NCBI GenBank assembly: GCA_964036045.1
Contig: OZ038378.1
Span: 158,906,001-158,970,000 of the forward strand
From: Eutreptiella sp. 'Long Island Sound 2002'
Taxonomy: Eukaryota > Protista > Euglenida
Length of the DNA: 64,000 nucleotides
Direction of reading: 5' to 3'
Shown: positions 32,501 through 44,299 of the stretch, piece by piece
Layout: the number at the start of each line of letters is the position of its first letter
Position numbering within the stretch: position 1 is the first letter of the stretch
Notes under the pieces: model-generated
Databases searched by the model: none
What the model saw: only the letters and a program-made list of their open reading frames with translations
What the model was told of the DNA's origin: nothing
Made by a program: the position numbers and the translations under genes

Positions 32501-35450
32501 GAAATCACAAGTATTTTGAACTGTGTTGTTTTGGCACTGCACTGTCCCCCTTCCCTTCCATGTGACTCTGCATTGACTGCCTGGACTGTGCTGTGCTGCC
32601 CTGTGTCGTCCCCACAGGTCGCAACGTCCCAAGACGAGAAAATTCCGTTCGTCTACAGGGGAATGGGCCCCCTTTTGGAGCACTTACGTGAGGTGCGGCG
32701 CAGACATCTCCGCAGTCAGATGAAGACGCTCAACAAGCTGCGGCAGTGTGCACGGCTGGGTCGTCGTACAAGCCTCCATCAACAGCTGCTTGTTCTCATG
32801 AGTGACACAGCATATCACCCTCGACTGCCTGCAGTGTTAAATACGCTGCTGCACCGCAAGAATAGTGTGCAACAAATTATTCACACGCTGACTCGTGCAG
32901 TCCAATACGTTCCTCGCTATACCGAGATGGAGAAGGACCTGGGATTGCTGACTTGGCGATTGGGGGGCCCCCAATTACTGTATGCTTTCAACGCAGCTGG
33001 TCTCCTGCCCCAGTGGGGGGTGTTGCGGGATCTGCACAAGCAATCACATTTGGTAATGGGCCCTGACGTCACGGCTGCGGATATCCTTCGTATTCTGCCA
33101 GACGACCTCCCTTTCTCAGCAATTTACATTGTGATTGACGAGGTTGCGGTTGATGGAAGGATTCGCGTCCTGGTTCAAGACGGTGTTGCCCGATTGTATG
33201 GTTTCTGTCACGAGCACTGTGGACCAGTGGAGCTCCAGTCAGAGGATGCAGCCTACGATCTACAGGAGAAGCTACTTGATGGAACTGTGCACCGCGCCAC
33301 TGTTGGCACAGTTGTTCTCCTTGTGCCTATGAACGAAAAATATCACCGCGGATTTCCCCTCATGTTGTATGGCAGTTGCAATAGATTTGATTCTGACATG
33401 ATGGTGAGCTTACTGACTGGCATCACGCGCGCTTTTGAATCCCCTGAGCTGGCAGCCCGAGGACGAATCATGGGTTTGGGAACCGACGGTGACGCCCGGC
33501 GTGCAGCTGCACACATCCGGTGCTTGGTGCCCACTTCTGCGGCTGCCATTGTGTTGCCTGGAGTTGCAGCATGGCCGCACATTTGATGTTCTTCAACTGC
33601 GTGAGCGATTAATGACTATTGTGGCACTTCAAGATGTGTTTGCCCGTCACCCTGAATGGAAGCAAAAGCATCGCACGTACTTGGCAGATCGTCTTACCCC
33701 GGCTGCTTTCACTGGTGACAATTCTGTCAGCAGCATCCGTCTGGGCCCTACCTGGCGTGCCGCCATTACCCGGGCAGAGGGCACACTTCGTGCCCATCGC
33801 AGTATTGGTGCAGAGGCCACAGGAATTTTTGACGAATTATTCTCAAAGGGTTGCACCCTCCTGCGACCCCGCGGTGCATGGTTGTGGAAGGAGATGGAGC
33901 AGGAGCCTGAAGAACATTTTGAGGAGCGCCCTGCACTTTCCGTTGACAATGACAAGAACACTGATGCCGCACCATGCAATCTGGAAAACATGTTGGCTGT
34001 GGACAGTCAGGACAACAAGAAGGGGCAGTATTTGGATTTGAAGTCTGGGAAACGCATTCACGTGGCAACATTTGTGAATGACTTGTACAACAAGGATGTC
34101 ACCAGCAGTTCCGCTGATCGTTTGAGGCGCACACGTGGTGATTCTGCCGTGCCAATGCCCTTACAGGAGGATGCAGCCGATGGGGTCTTGCCTGGCACCC
34201 CATATTGCAGTCTGTTGACATTCAAGCCTGCAGGGGGTGATGCAGTCACGAGTGCTGCTATCTTCAGTTATGTTGAAACGCGCGTAGATACCAAGAAGGT
34301 ACAGGCTCCGAGTCCTGTAGATCTTGTGGCTTGTCCCACAGCAATGGTTGTTGGGGAGTACATGCCCTTCCAAGATGCTGGCGATGGAAAATTGCTGTGG
34401 ACAGGGCGTTATGGGGCAGAGGTCACAGTACCAGCCACTGCAGTTTTGTTTGTGGAGCTGCAGCTGGGACCCAGCACACGGTGGTTGGTGGAAAGTGACA
34501 CGTTGAATGCCTTTGTGGATACCAGCAAGAATATCACCACATGTCCAGCACTACAAGCAGAACCATACCCTCTTGTGCATACCACGTCTGTGCGCGACAA
34601 GGTGAAGACGAAGCCCTGCTTGTTTTGTGGTGTCGACATTGCGCTCAACAACATGATGGGACATGTCACCAATCATTTTCTTGATGGGGACAGCCTGCAA
34701 GAAAGGGCCCATGCCGGGGAGCACCCAATGTGTGGCTTCTGTGGTGCCACTGCCGGCAAGTGCAGCACCCAACTTGTGGGCAAGAAAATGTCATCAAGCT
34801 GTCCGTATTTCTATGCATTCCGCTATGGGTCCGCGGTGAAGAGGCACGCCAATGTGCCACGCAATTGTCCCGTTGCCCTTTGTGATGCCACTCATTTCAC
34901 ATTGGGTATGGCACAACATCTCAAATGTGCGCACCCTAACACAGATGTGGTGGTGCCAGATTGGAAGGTCGAGCGTGCCACCGTACGCAAGGCCAAAAAG
35001 GTGCCGAAAGGCATGTCCAAGCCCATGGTTCAGGTGCAGGTTGAGTCCGTTGAAGTCGCTGGGGCAGCATCAGAAGTTACTACTACGTCCGATGGCGGTG
35101 GTGATTTGTATGGCCAAAGGCGTGCTACGCGCAGTGACAGCGACTGGTGCCCGCCTGCCACGGACAACATTGATGCAAGTAGTGACGGAAGCGTTGAGAA
35201 GGAGGACAACGAGAGTAGCAGTGATTCTGAGTCTGGTTCCTCTACCGACACTTCTTCTTCGTCATCGACATCTTGTACTTCGTCCTCAACCCCTGATGGT
35301 ATGCCTGTTGTGGGAACAGGACGCACGAAGAAGTACACCAAGACCTCTACTCGCATCTCAAGTACTCAGCAACCCTCGGCCAAACCTGCCGCAAAGAGGC
35401 GCACAGCATCGCAGCCTGTGGCCCACAGTGCGAAACGGGCAAGGCAGTAG
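29583..35450 (+). pseudogene. Spliced RNase H-fold transposase-like gene, about 1,400 aa (exons 29583-30735, 31027-31131, 31289-31527, 32618-about 33526, about 33570-35450)
   Basis: Three GT-AG introns with matching phases (1, 1, 0). Acidic motifs IVIDEV (33134-33142) and GTDGDARR (33482-33490). C-terminal Cys/His domain CLFC...GH...CGFCG...CP...C...H and N-terminal CxC...H...H. Frame change near 33520-33570. Confidence 0.75.
30759..30995 (+). repeat. About 125-bp tandem duplication inside transposase intron 1
   Basis: TGTGCATGTATTGCTTGTAGTT...GAGGTGAAAYACTGTC occurs twice. Confidence 0.85.
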
Positions 35451-36351
35451 CTTTGACGGGTGCTATTGGGTCGTGAGGGCCGTGACCCCGCATTTCCTGT
35501 GAATACGGCCTCCCCTGCCAGTTGAAAGTGATTGTGTGCAGGACTTCTTCGCTGTGAGTTTTTTTGCAGATACGGTCGGTGTGGGGGTACGGGGCCATGC
35601 CTAGCCCTTGGAGGATCAGCTGCTGATGAAATCTGGTAATGTTCAAATGAAGTACACTGGAAACGGTCGTTGTGGGGGTATGGGGCCATGCCTAGCCCTG
35701 GAAGGATCTGCCATTGCACTTCTTCATGAACTACGCGATGTGTCGCCAATGCATGCAGTCTGTTTGGGGCCGTGGGCTGCATGGCCGATGCAATTGAGGA
35801 AACGGCCCCCCTCCTGGCAGGGGGTGTGGGCGGCGTTAGGCACCAGCTCTGCAGCGTGGTGAGGGCTTAGAGTGGAGGAGCCCGCTTCCTAAATGCTTAC
35901 CCCTTAGGCCACCGCGTCCTTGCCTTGAGTATGTTGCATAGAACATTGGGTGCAAACCACTTTTGTCTAACTTTTTGTCCAAATTTGCCGGTTTACGTCC
36001 AACTTTTCGTACAATAGAGAAACCCCCCCCCTTTTTTCCAAGGGTCAAATTTTAGGTGTCATTTTTTAAATAACCCCCCCCTTTTTTAGGACCCCCCAAA
36101 AGTAGGCGAATCAACACTATGTCCGAAATTAACGATATCGATGACCCCTGGCGTGCACAGGCCCGCCACTCGTGTGCGGCAGGGGAAGTGAGTTTCGTTA
36201 GGAATCCGCCGCGCTGCTGTCATACCCACAACTCGGTAGGAACAAGTCGCATCCCCTGGCGTACGCAGTAAGATCCAGCTCCCTTCTGATCACGCGTGAC
36301 CCGGCAGACGCTCGTGCCAAGTCTGGGCGTGCAGCATCAACAGCGCGAGCA

Positions 36352-38067
36352 ATGGGGTCACCGGAGGAAGGCTGGGTCGATATTTCCCCCCACGGCGTGG
36401 CAGCGAGAGCGTCCTTCGTGTTGCACCGTGCACTGGGTTTTCCAGACCTTCTTCGTGTTGTGATCAGTCGTCGCCCCGTCCGTTTCTGGGCCATTGTTGA
36501 CGGATCGTTCCTCAGGTCAATTGGCTCTCTGTATGGGCTCTGCAGCCACGGCGACGTTTGTGATGCGCGTCATCATGCACCCGCTGGACGCGACGAGGAT
36601 GACTGTGGAGCAAGAGATTCGGGCCCCCAAGACATCCTATCACATCGAGGTGTACGGACGTTGTGCTCCTGTTTGACCAGATATTTGTGGTTCAGTGTGT
36701 GGGGGGGGGGGGGTTCTCCCGACCGAAAGGCGCCCCCGGTACCACTGATGAGGATTTTGTGTTGCTAAGCTTGCGCGCTTGCCTGCCTGCCACGTCTCCA
36801 GACGGGGGGGAGGGGGTCGCGCGGGGCTATTTCCCATGGGAATTTTCGTGTCTCTGATTGGCTGACGTGGGCCATGCGGAATCCAGAGGTGTCAGCAAAA
36901 TGGAAAGTGGCACCTGAGAGTTGTGCAAGATCTGGGACCTTCCGTGAAATTTACTACAGCCTTTTCGACGGTGTTTCGGCGGGGAACTCCCGCCCCCCGC
37001 AACACCCCCACCCACCCATCCTCGCGACATCCAGTCCCGCGAAGTACACCTTGCGCGACATCCCCGCCCCCCCCCCGTTGAATTGTGGTCGTTGTCATCG
37101 TTGTCGCTGTATGGTGATGTTTGTGGTTGAAGTTGTGGTTGTGGTCATGATTTTCTAACGGTTGCGCATGCGGTTGTCATGGCCATTGGTCTAGTTGGGC
37201 CTGGCTGTGGCTCCCTCGGAGAGGGTGCAGTGTGTATTCGCGTGTGGCCTCCGCCCCCCTCGCGAGTTTTCGATCGCTTTCTTTCGTTGATTTATCTTGA
37301 TTTCGGTAGAGCTGGGTTTAAGATTCTGCAGTTAGTTGAGCTGAAGTACGGTCCTTCGTTTGCACCACGGGCACAGTATTGTACGTATTCGCGGACAGGT
37401 CATGCCTCCGTGCTCCTGCAGGGGACGTGTGTCTGTGCAGTCATGCGCGTCCGTGGCCACGTCTGCGCACCGCTGTGGCAGTACGATCAGGCTTGCCATA
37501 CGTGCAGACGATCTTTGCAGTGGCGGGGTGAACCGGGGATCGCTTGGGGCAAAGGGGCACCCACGGGGGGGCCGTCTCCTCGGTTTGGGTACGCGACTCC
37601 CCCCCTCTCCCCCCCTCCCTGCCCTCCGGGCCCACTTAGTTACCAAGGGTCAAAAGGCCATACATATGGTGGCGCCGAAGGCGCCCGAAAATTTTTTTTC
37701 ATTCCCCTTGCCAACGTAGCATCCCTCCCCGCCCAGGCGGTGGAGCACCCCAACGCTATACTTGAACCCAACCTTGACTCTAACACCCACCCCAATCCTC
37801 AGCCTGCTCCTAACCCTACACCTAACCCTACCCATGACCCTAACCCTAACCCTAGCCCTAGCCCTAGCCCTGACCGTAGCCCTAGCTCTCACCCCAGAGG
37901 GAGGGCAAGGGGAGGTAACGGGAGCCTGTGCCCCCCCCCTCCCACCACCACCCCAAATTGCCCCACCTGGGACCCCCCCCCCCAACCGACCCTCCCGACC
38001 CCCCCCCCCATCGCCCCTCCCTGAACCCCCCCCCCCCCATCGCCCCTCCCTGAACCCCCCCCTCCAA

Positions 38068-38111
<44 letters not shown>

Positions 38112-41100
38112 GGGGCCTTCGGCCCACTTCTACTGGCGGGGGGGGGTCGCGTACAAAAGCGAGGAGACGGCCCCCCCGTGGGGGCACCAAAGTGCTGCAC
38201 AAGGGGACCTGGGCAAGCGGTTACGGCAGTGAAACGGCGGCAGGCGGTTTCCGACGGCTACACATGCGCTTGGCGGGGCTGGGGGCGGAGATAACCGCTG
38301 TTTTGGATGTGAAGGGTGGTTGTGGAGGGAGTGGAGGGGGGCCAACTATTGGGCGCCGCTGACGCGCAAACGGCACACCACGCCACATCCAGCACAGCCC
38401 CGGCACACCAACTACTGGGCTCCGCGAACGCGGAAACGACACCAGCAGGAGCACCGGCCGCAGCGGCCGACAGAACGCAGCGACCCGACGCAACATGCGA
38501 AGGGCAGAACGGGTGACTGTCCAGGGCCCCGTAAAGAAACAACAACCCGACGGAATGTCACACAGGGGCTTCTCTGGGGTTCTCGCGGGGCTTGCAGTCT
38601 TTGGTTGGCCCCTCAGCTCCTTCTCCCCAACCGCCCACGACGCGTGCTCCCATTTACAATCGTTCTGCTGCCGGTGTTTCTCGCGTTCCCGCGACGCGCA
38701 CTCAACAGCACAACACCGTTCTTGGAAGCCTGAGCAAGCAGCTGCGCCAGGGGCTGTTGTACCGCGACTTCTGGTCCTCGTCGGCGCAGTATTGCTGCGC
38801 CTTCGCCCTGTACCTGGGGGTCTATGAGGCGTACACGTCCCGGTATCGGCCCCGCGAGGGGCAGCCCAAATGGGACGTGGCGTTTGTGAGCGCGTACTTG
38901 GGCACAGTCGCATCGCTTGCGATCAGCAACGCCAGGACTGGGGGAGTGCAGCTGCGCTCGGACGTGTTGTTCCGCGGAGGTATGGCCCCGTCCCGTCGCC
39001 CTTACTTTCCACGGTACCCTCTCGTGCACGCGGGGTCAGGGATGCGGGAGCAACGGTTGGGCCCGGTGCGCAGCCCATCAATCTTCATGGGCAACCTGGC
39101 CAATTCCCAATCGTACCCCCATTCTCAGAGGGATTATTGCCAAACCGGTTTCCTTGTGGGTTGAATTTCTTTGTTTGGTCACCATCCTCGTGGTTTCAAG
39201 CTTCCATCGGGCTAATTTGACTCTGATTTGACATCACCATTTGGAGAACAAACTGGTTCTGGATCCCCCCGGGCCCTCACACATCACACAACTGGAGGAC
39301 GACGGTTGGGATGCCAAGACTCAAGCGCTTTGGCGTGCACCAACCCGAATCGGAACACGGGCGGTTCGGTGTTCCCTCACTGATCTTCTGATTTCGAGCA
39401 TCTTCGCACCAGGACGCTCATCCTCTGGGGATGCTCCTCAGCAAACCGCCTCCTCACGGCGTTGAAGGGACGGGGGGTCGACTCGGATGCAGTGGCTCTC
39501 CACTTCTCTATCTCTCCTTCCAACACCGACCTTTGCCCGGGCACTACCTCTGTGATCCACCCCCTCGTTCCCCCTGCCGGGCCTGACTGTATGGGACGCC
39601 GGCCAGTGCTGCTCGGGGCAGTGGACCCCAAGCGGGCGGTGTGCTGCCGGGGTGAGGGGTGGCTCCAATCCGACGCACATCTGCGCCGAGCACGCAGTGG
39701 GTCACGCACAATACAACGCACTGGACACCGTCCGGAAACCAACCAGTTTTGTGGAACACCCCCTTTGCTTTCGGGGGATTTGGCCCGCCTGGCACAGAGC
39801 AGGCCTTTTGAGAGAAGGCGGGGCCGGGCGTGCAACCCTCCGACCGGATGTTGGACATCCCCCTGACCCACTAGTGCAGAGCTGCTGGCCGCAGCGCACG
39901 CTTGTTCTGGCATTCGTTGGAGTGGCGAGCGTGTCCGCTGCCCCAACGACCCCCGTCAGGGGACACGAGATGACACACGGCGACCAGTCCACCGACGGCC
40001 CACAGAACGGCCCCCGGGCCCGATGCGGCCCGTGCGCCGTGTTGCTCACCATCGGCCGTCCACAGTCCGGAGAGTGCCCCCGATCGGGGGCATCGACTGG
40101 GCCATTCTCTGGACCCGGTGCCCGGGGTCGGCAACGGGGGCTGAGGCACGTGGTCTGAAGAGGCGGACCTCAGGTCTCCATTGACCCGGACCGTGAGGGG
40201 GGGGGGGGGGGGCTGGGCGTCGCTTTTGCGCCCTTTGCCCGGGCCCGTGGCCGGGCATTGGATCGGCAATACGACCGGGACGGCAGTGCAACACGCCCCT
40301 CGTTGCGTCGGAATACGGGGGTTCGCCCGCCGCCAACAGCGCGGGGCTTGAGGTGGGCGTGTCCCTTGGAACGGGAGTTTGAGCCACGCGGCCCAAGACG
40401 GGCTCCGGCTGGGGTCCTGCAGGGCATTGAGTCACACGGCACAACGCGTGGCCGAAACGGGGGTCGGACGGGGGCCGGTGTGCCTCTCTTTGTTGTCCAC
40501 ACCACCCCCTTGATCCCGACCCCATGCCCCTCCGGCGCCCTCCGTCCGTCCATCCGTCCGTCTGTTGGTCAGTCGCCGCAACGCCCTCCCCACGGGCTAC
40601 GCCTCGCGTCCCTTTCGCTTGTCCCCTGCTTTGCCACGCCTGCCGCTGTTCCACGCCCCCCGTTTGGGCCGGAGACCCCGTGTTCGCGGCCTTTCTCGTG
40701 TCCTCTCGCTTCTCAGCCTCTGCCTGACCACTGTATTGGTATGGCCCCGCCCCCCGGGCCTGCGCTTGTGGCGAGGGGAGGAGGGGGGGCATCGCTTCGG
40801 GTGGAGGGGCTGGGACGCCGCACCGCTTCTCTCCGCCCCCAACGGCCCGCCAACGGTTTTGTAAGCCCCGGATCCTGCCCCCCGACCAAGGCTTTGCTTG
40901 AAGTGGGGGCAATCCCACAGCAGCTACAAAGCGGTTGCAGGGGACTGCGCGCGCGGTTCGGGGGCGGTTACTGGCGGTTTGAAGTGCGGTTGAGGCTGGT
41001 GTTGGCGAATGCGAATGCCTTTGGGGTAGCCTTGGGGCCGGAGTCTGGGGAGGAGAGGGGGGGGAGCCTCCCCTTCAAGCGATACGCTACCCCCGACTGT

Positions 41101-41587
41101 TGTCCCAACACCCCGTCACCGCCTTGGCAGCGCTTTCTGGAATGGAGCCCCCCCCGCCCCCTAACGCGCATCCCTCCCGCTGCCCCTGCTATTGCCACGG
41201 CCTTTTTTCCGGTTGCTTCCAGCGATGCGCCATTTCTGGAGCGTCTGGCGGTCGGCGTTGGCGTTACTGGCGTACCACCATCTCATGGGCCCCGATTGGC
41301 CCGGCCACTTCACAAAGGCCAGCGAGGACGCGGCCGCCCGATCTCAGGCCCTGCAACAGGCGCGACTGAAGGCGGTGGCGGACGTGTTCAAGGGGGACCC
41401 CGACTCCGATGCCGATGCCGGGAAGACGGCGTTTGGGCGGCGATGGTTCCGATCGAAACCAGTCGCACCTGCGACCCCGGCCCCGCCCGGGGAGGACGCC
41501 CCCGTTCCACCGGAAACGGCTGCAGCAGCGGAGGCCGGGCCGTCGCGGAGGTCGTGGTTTGGCTGGCGCAGCCGCGACTCACAATAG
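36352..41587 (+). CDS. Divergent mitochondrial carrier (SLC25)-like protein, 4 exons (36352-36427, 36516-36649, 38709-38979, 41223-41587), 281 aa
   Basis: Exon lengths 76+134+271+365=846 with phase-consistent GT-AG introns. Carrier signature HPLDATR (PxDxxR), followed by ...GLLYRD...YLGVYEAY and ...LFRG|AMRH...LLAYHHL segments. Exons 3 and 4 are GC3-biased. Confidence 0.7.
37562..38180. mobile_element. MITE-3 with 8-bp TSD in carrier intron 2, containing telomere-like repeats
   Basis: About 45-bp TIR CACGGGGGGGCCGTCTCCTCG...GTACGCGAC. TSD GGGGCACC at 37554-37561 and 38181-38188. GGCGCCGAAGGCGCC at 37671-37685. Degenerate CCCTAA/CCCTAG array at about 37781-37895. Confidence 0.88.
38380..38565 (+). 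repeat. Uninterrupted copy of the repeat that is split by the 15623-17658 element
   Basis: GAACGCAGCGACCCGACGCAACATGC-GAAGGGCAG-AACGGGTGACTGTCCAGGGCCCCGTAAAGAAAC matches the flanks 15540-15622 and 17659-17730. Confidence 0.85.
39062..39297 (+). repeat. About 230-bp dispersed repeat; near-identical inverted copy at 46056-46275
   Basis: The core CATCAATCTTCATGGGCAACCTGG...GAGAACAAACTGGTTCTGGATCCC differs at only a handful of positions between the copies. Confidence 0.9.
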
Positions 41588-44299
41588 CCCGAACCCGTGC
41601 GAAGATGTCCGAGTCAAGTGTTGGAGCCGGAGACATTCCGCATTTCTCGAGAAGTGCGGGCGGCTGCCTGGTCTTTGCCGCGGCCCATGGCCCTGAACAC
41701 TCCTGCGACCGTTGCTTTGGGACAGGGGCCGCGACCGTCAAAGAGGACTTTTCAGGGGCCGACCACACGCCGAGCGCTGTGGCGCGCCGAGCGCCGTAGG
41801 ACACGCGCGAGCTGCTCCGGCCTCCCGCACCGCCTCCGGCGATGGACCCGGCCGGAGGATGAATTCGGGGCTATTGAGGCGGTCTGCCTCTGGTGTGCGC
41901 ACGCGCGTTCGGACCGAGGCGTGCGTGCGGCGTGCGCCTGCGGGGGCGCGGCGCTGTCGGGACCAGGGGCCCTTCATGGGCCCGCGGCACGTTTGTAAGG
42001 CAGAGGCGATGGGCCCAGGAGGCCTCTCGACCGTTGCCTGCGGGACTGGCCCATCCCCCGGGCAGTGCCGTCCGGTCGACGCGCCCTTCAGAGCGTCCGG
42101 TGGCGGTGGCAGAGAGCAGCAACGCCCTGAGGCCCATGCATCGCTGCGGCACGCCCAAAGAAGTGGGGGTAGTACCGTGTGCCAGCCGCTGCCGCGGTGG
42201 TCCCCCCGGGTGGCGGCCGCGGTGCCCGTCCGGAGGGCTGCCGCCGGGGGCCGGAGGCGGCAGAGCATCCCCATGAGGCCCCTCGAACAGAAACCGCTTG
42301 CCTCGGCTCTCGGGCCTGCGTGGCCGGGGCACGGGGCGGCAGAAAGGGACCGCGTTCCCGGGTCCCATTGGCTTCGGGCGTTGTGGGTCGGGGCCCGTCC
42401 GTTCGGTTCCGTCCTGCCCCCGTTCGGTGCTGCCGCTGCCGCGACCGCGGGGGATGCGGGGGGACTGCCCGTCCGTGTGCGGGTCTGGGGGGGGGGGCAG
42501 TCCCCTTCGCACGTCAGCGCCGCGCCCCGTTTTGTGGAGGCGGGTCCGCCATCGGACGGGGCCCGTGCGGGGGCGCGGCACTCGGGACCGCCGCCCTCTT
42601 GTGGTACACGCCCACGGGACAGCGCGGCTGTCCTGCGGGGCAGAGAGGCATCGGCGTCCTCATGCGAATGGCCGTGTGAGCGGGTGCGTGGTAGGGGGTC
42701 TGTAGGCCCAGTCCGCCGAGTGCCCCGCCCCCAAGTCGCACGGGTCATGGGGTCGGCGCACCCCCACATGGGCCCGGGGCGCTGTGCGCCCCCCAAGTGG
42801 GCCCGGGCTTGTGGGCAGGGGGGGTGTTGGGCATTCCGCAGCGCCCGCGACGGGGGGCTTTTGCTGCCGGGGGGGAACGATGTCAAGATGCGGAACAAAA
42901 CGCGGTTTTCGGGAATGGCGGATGCCGCGCGCGCAATCCAGTGCGGGTTGGAGCCACGGGGCTGTGGCCGACAAACCGATTGCGCCATTTTCCCGCAACG
43001 TGTTGGGGTTGCAGGAGGATGACGTCGATCGGAGTCCGATGATGGTTTGAACGAGGTGAGTGCTGGGCGGGGGTGGGGGGCAGGTGACATGCGATAGTTT
43101 GCCGTCAGCAATCAGTGAGCGCAAACATGCTTCAAACCTCGTTGATCTTTGTTTGCGTTTGGCTGCTGTCAAATGCCGTGCAATGCAGAGACGAGGGCAG
43201 CAAAAAAAAAACCCCCCGTTTGGAGACCCATGTGTCAATTTGGAAACGGGGAGTGCGTGAGGTCAGCTGCCGTCACCGTTGGTGCGTGGGTGCACAGGTG
43301 GAGTGAGCAGTCAAGACCCTGGAGGCCAGTGCTGTGACGGATGTCTGTCGGAAGCTTCACTCCGTGGGCCCCAAGTATTGCGCAAGGACGTGCTCTCTCG
43401 TGCACGCGCTCGTGCGCTGGCATGTGCAGCCCCCGAACCCCCCCCCTTTTCCACCCCATGTGGTCCCCCAACCATCGGAGGGGGGCGCGACGGAGGGGAC
43501 CACCAAACAAACGCTGAGGCCAGGTTAGGTTTGGTGGTGTGGTATTAGCCTCGAATGCCCATGCCAGACCTGTGCAGCAACAACGAGGCACAGACCAGAA
43601 CCCTCTCCTCTTGCGGGGGCACGGCAGCGGGTTGCCGTGTTCACGGACATTGGGTTCCACACCACTACTCTGGGACCCCATTTCATTCCGGACCATTGAT
43701 GTGGTGCCGTGTGTAGGCTGCCCCTAGGGCCTGGTCAAGTTCATCGTCACCAATGCGCGGAGGGTTGCGATCTGCTCCGCGGTGCCATTCTGTGGGTCTG
43801 CTTTCCCTGCCATGGACCACTTGAGCGGGTCTTGGCTATGATGTCTACTAATGGGGCCTCCCAAAGGGGGCAGAACCACAACCCGCCGCCGATGGAGAAA
43901 CGGAAATGGTGGCGTCCAGACAGCGGCTTGGCGGACCTTCAGGAGAAGATCGACACTGCATCGTGCGGTGAAGAATAAACGGTTGACTGTCCAGGGCCCC
44001 CTGCCAACTTTGGTGCTGTCACTTGGTTCATATTTATGGATTGCTTGGGGTTGGGCCGTACATGCCGCTGCACATGGAGGGTTGGCCTGTGCTCAGGGGT
44101 GCACGTGCATCCTGCTGGCCCCATTCCGCCATCCTTTCACTCAGTCACAGCGGTCCCACAAACGGGGCTGGATGGTCCATGAGTATTTCGAGGTCAACTG
44201 AGCTGGCCCATGCCCCGGCCCCTGGTTTTATTGTGGGTCCTTAGGTTTGAAAACCCCAGTGGGGTACTGGAATGTTTGGGGTCACTGAACCATTTAAGG

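Larger units (their letters stand above)
29329..36150 (+). mobile_element. 6.8-kb DNA transposon, P-element-like (CA...TG ends, 8-bp TSD)
   Basis: Perfect 13-bp TIR CAGGGGTCATCGA / TCGATGACCCCTG, with GGACAT at the same offset further inside both ends. Perfect TSD GCGTGCAC at 29321-29328 and 36151-36158. Encloses a transposase-like gene. Confidence 0.9.

Noticed and set aside
40046-43111. Long ORFs 40258-41799, 41712-43022, 41738-43111 and others
   Set aside because: Very GC-rich sequence with open frames on both strands, Arg/Gly/Pro/Ala-dominated translations and no motifs. Only 41223-41587 has splice and codon support.
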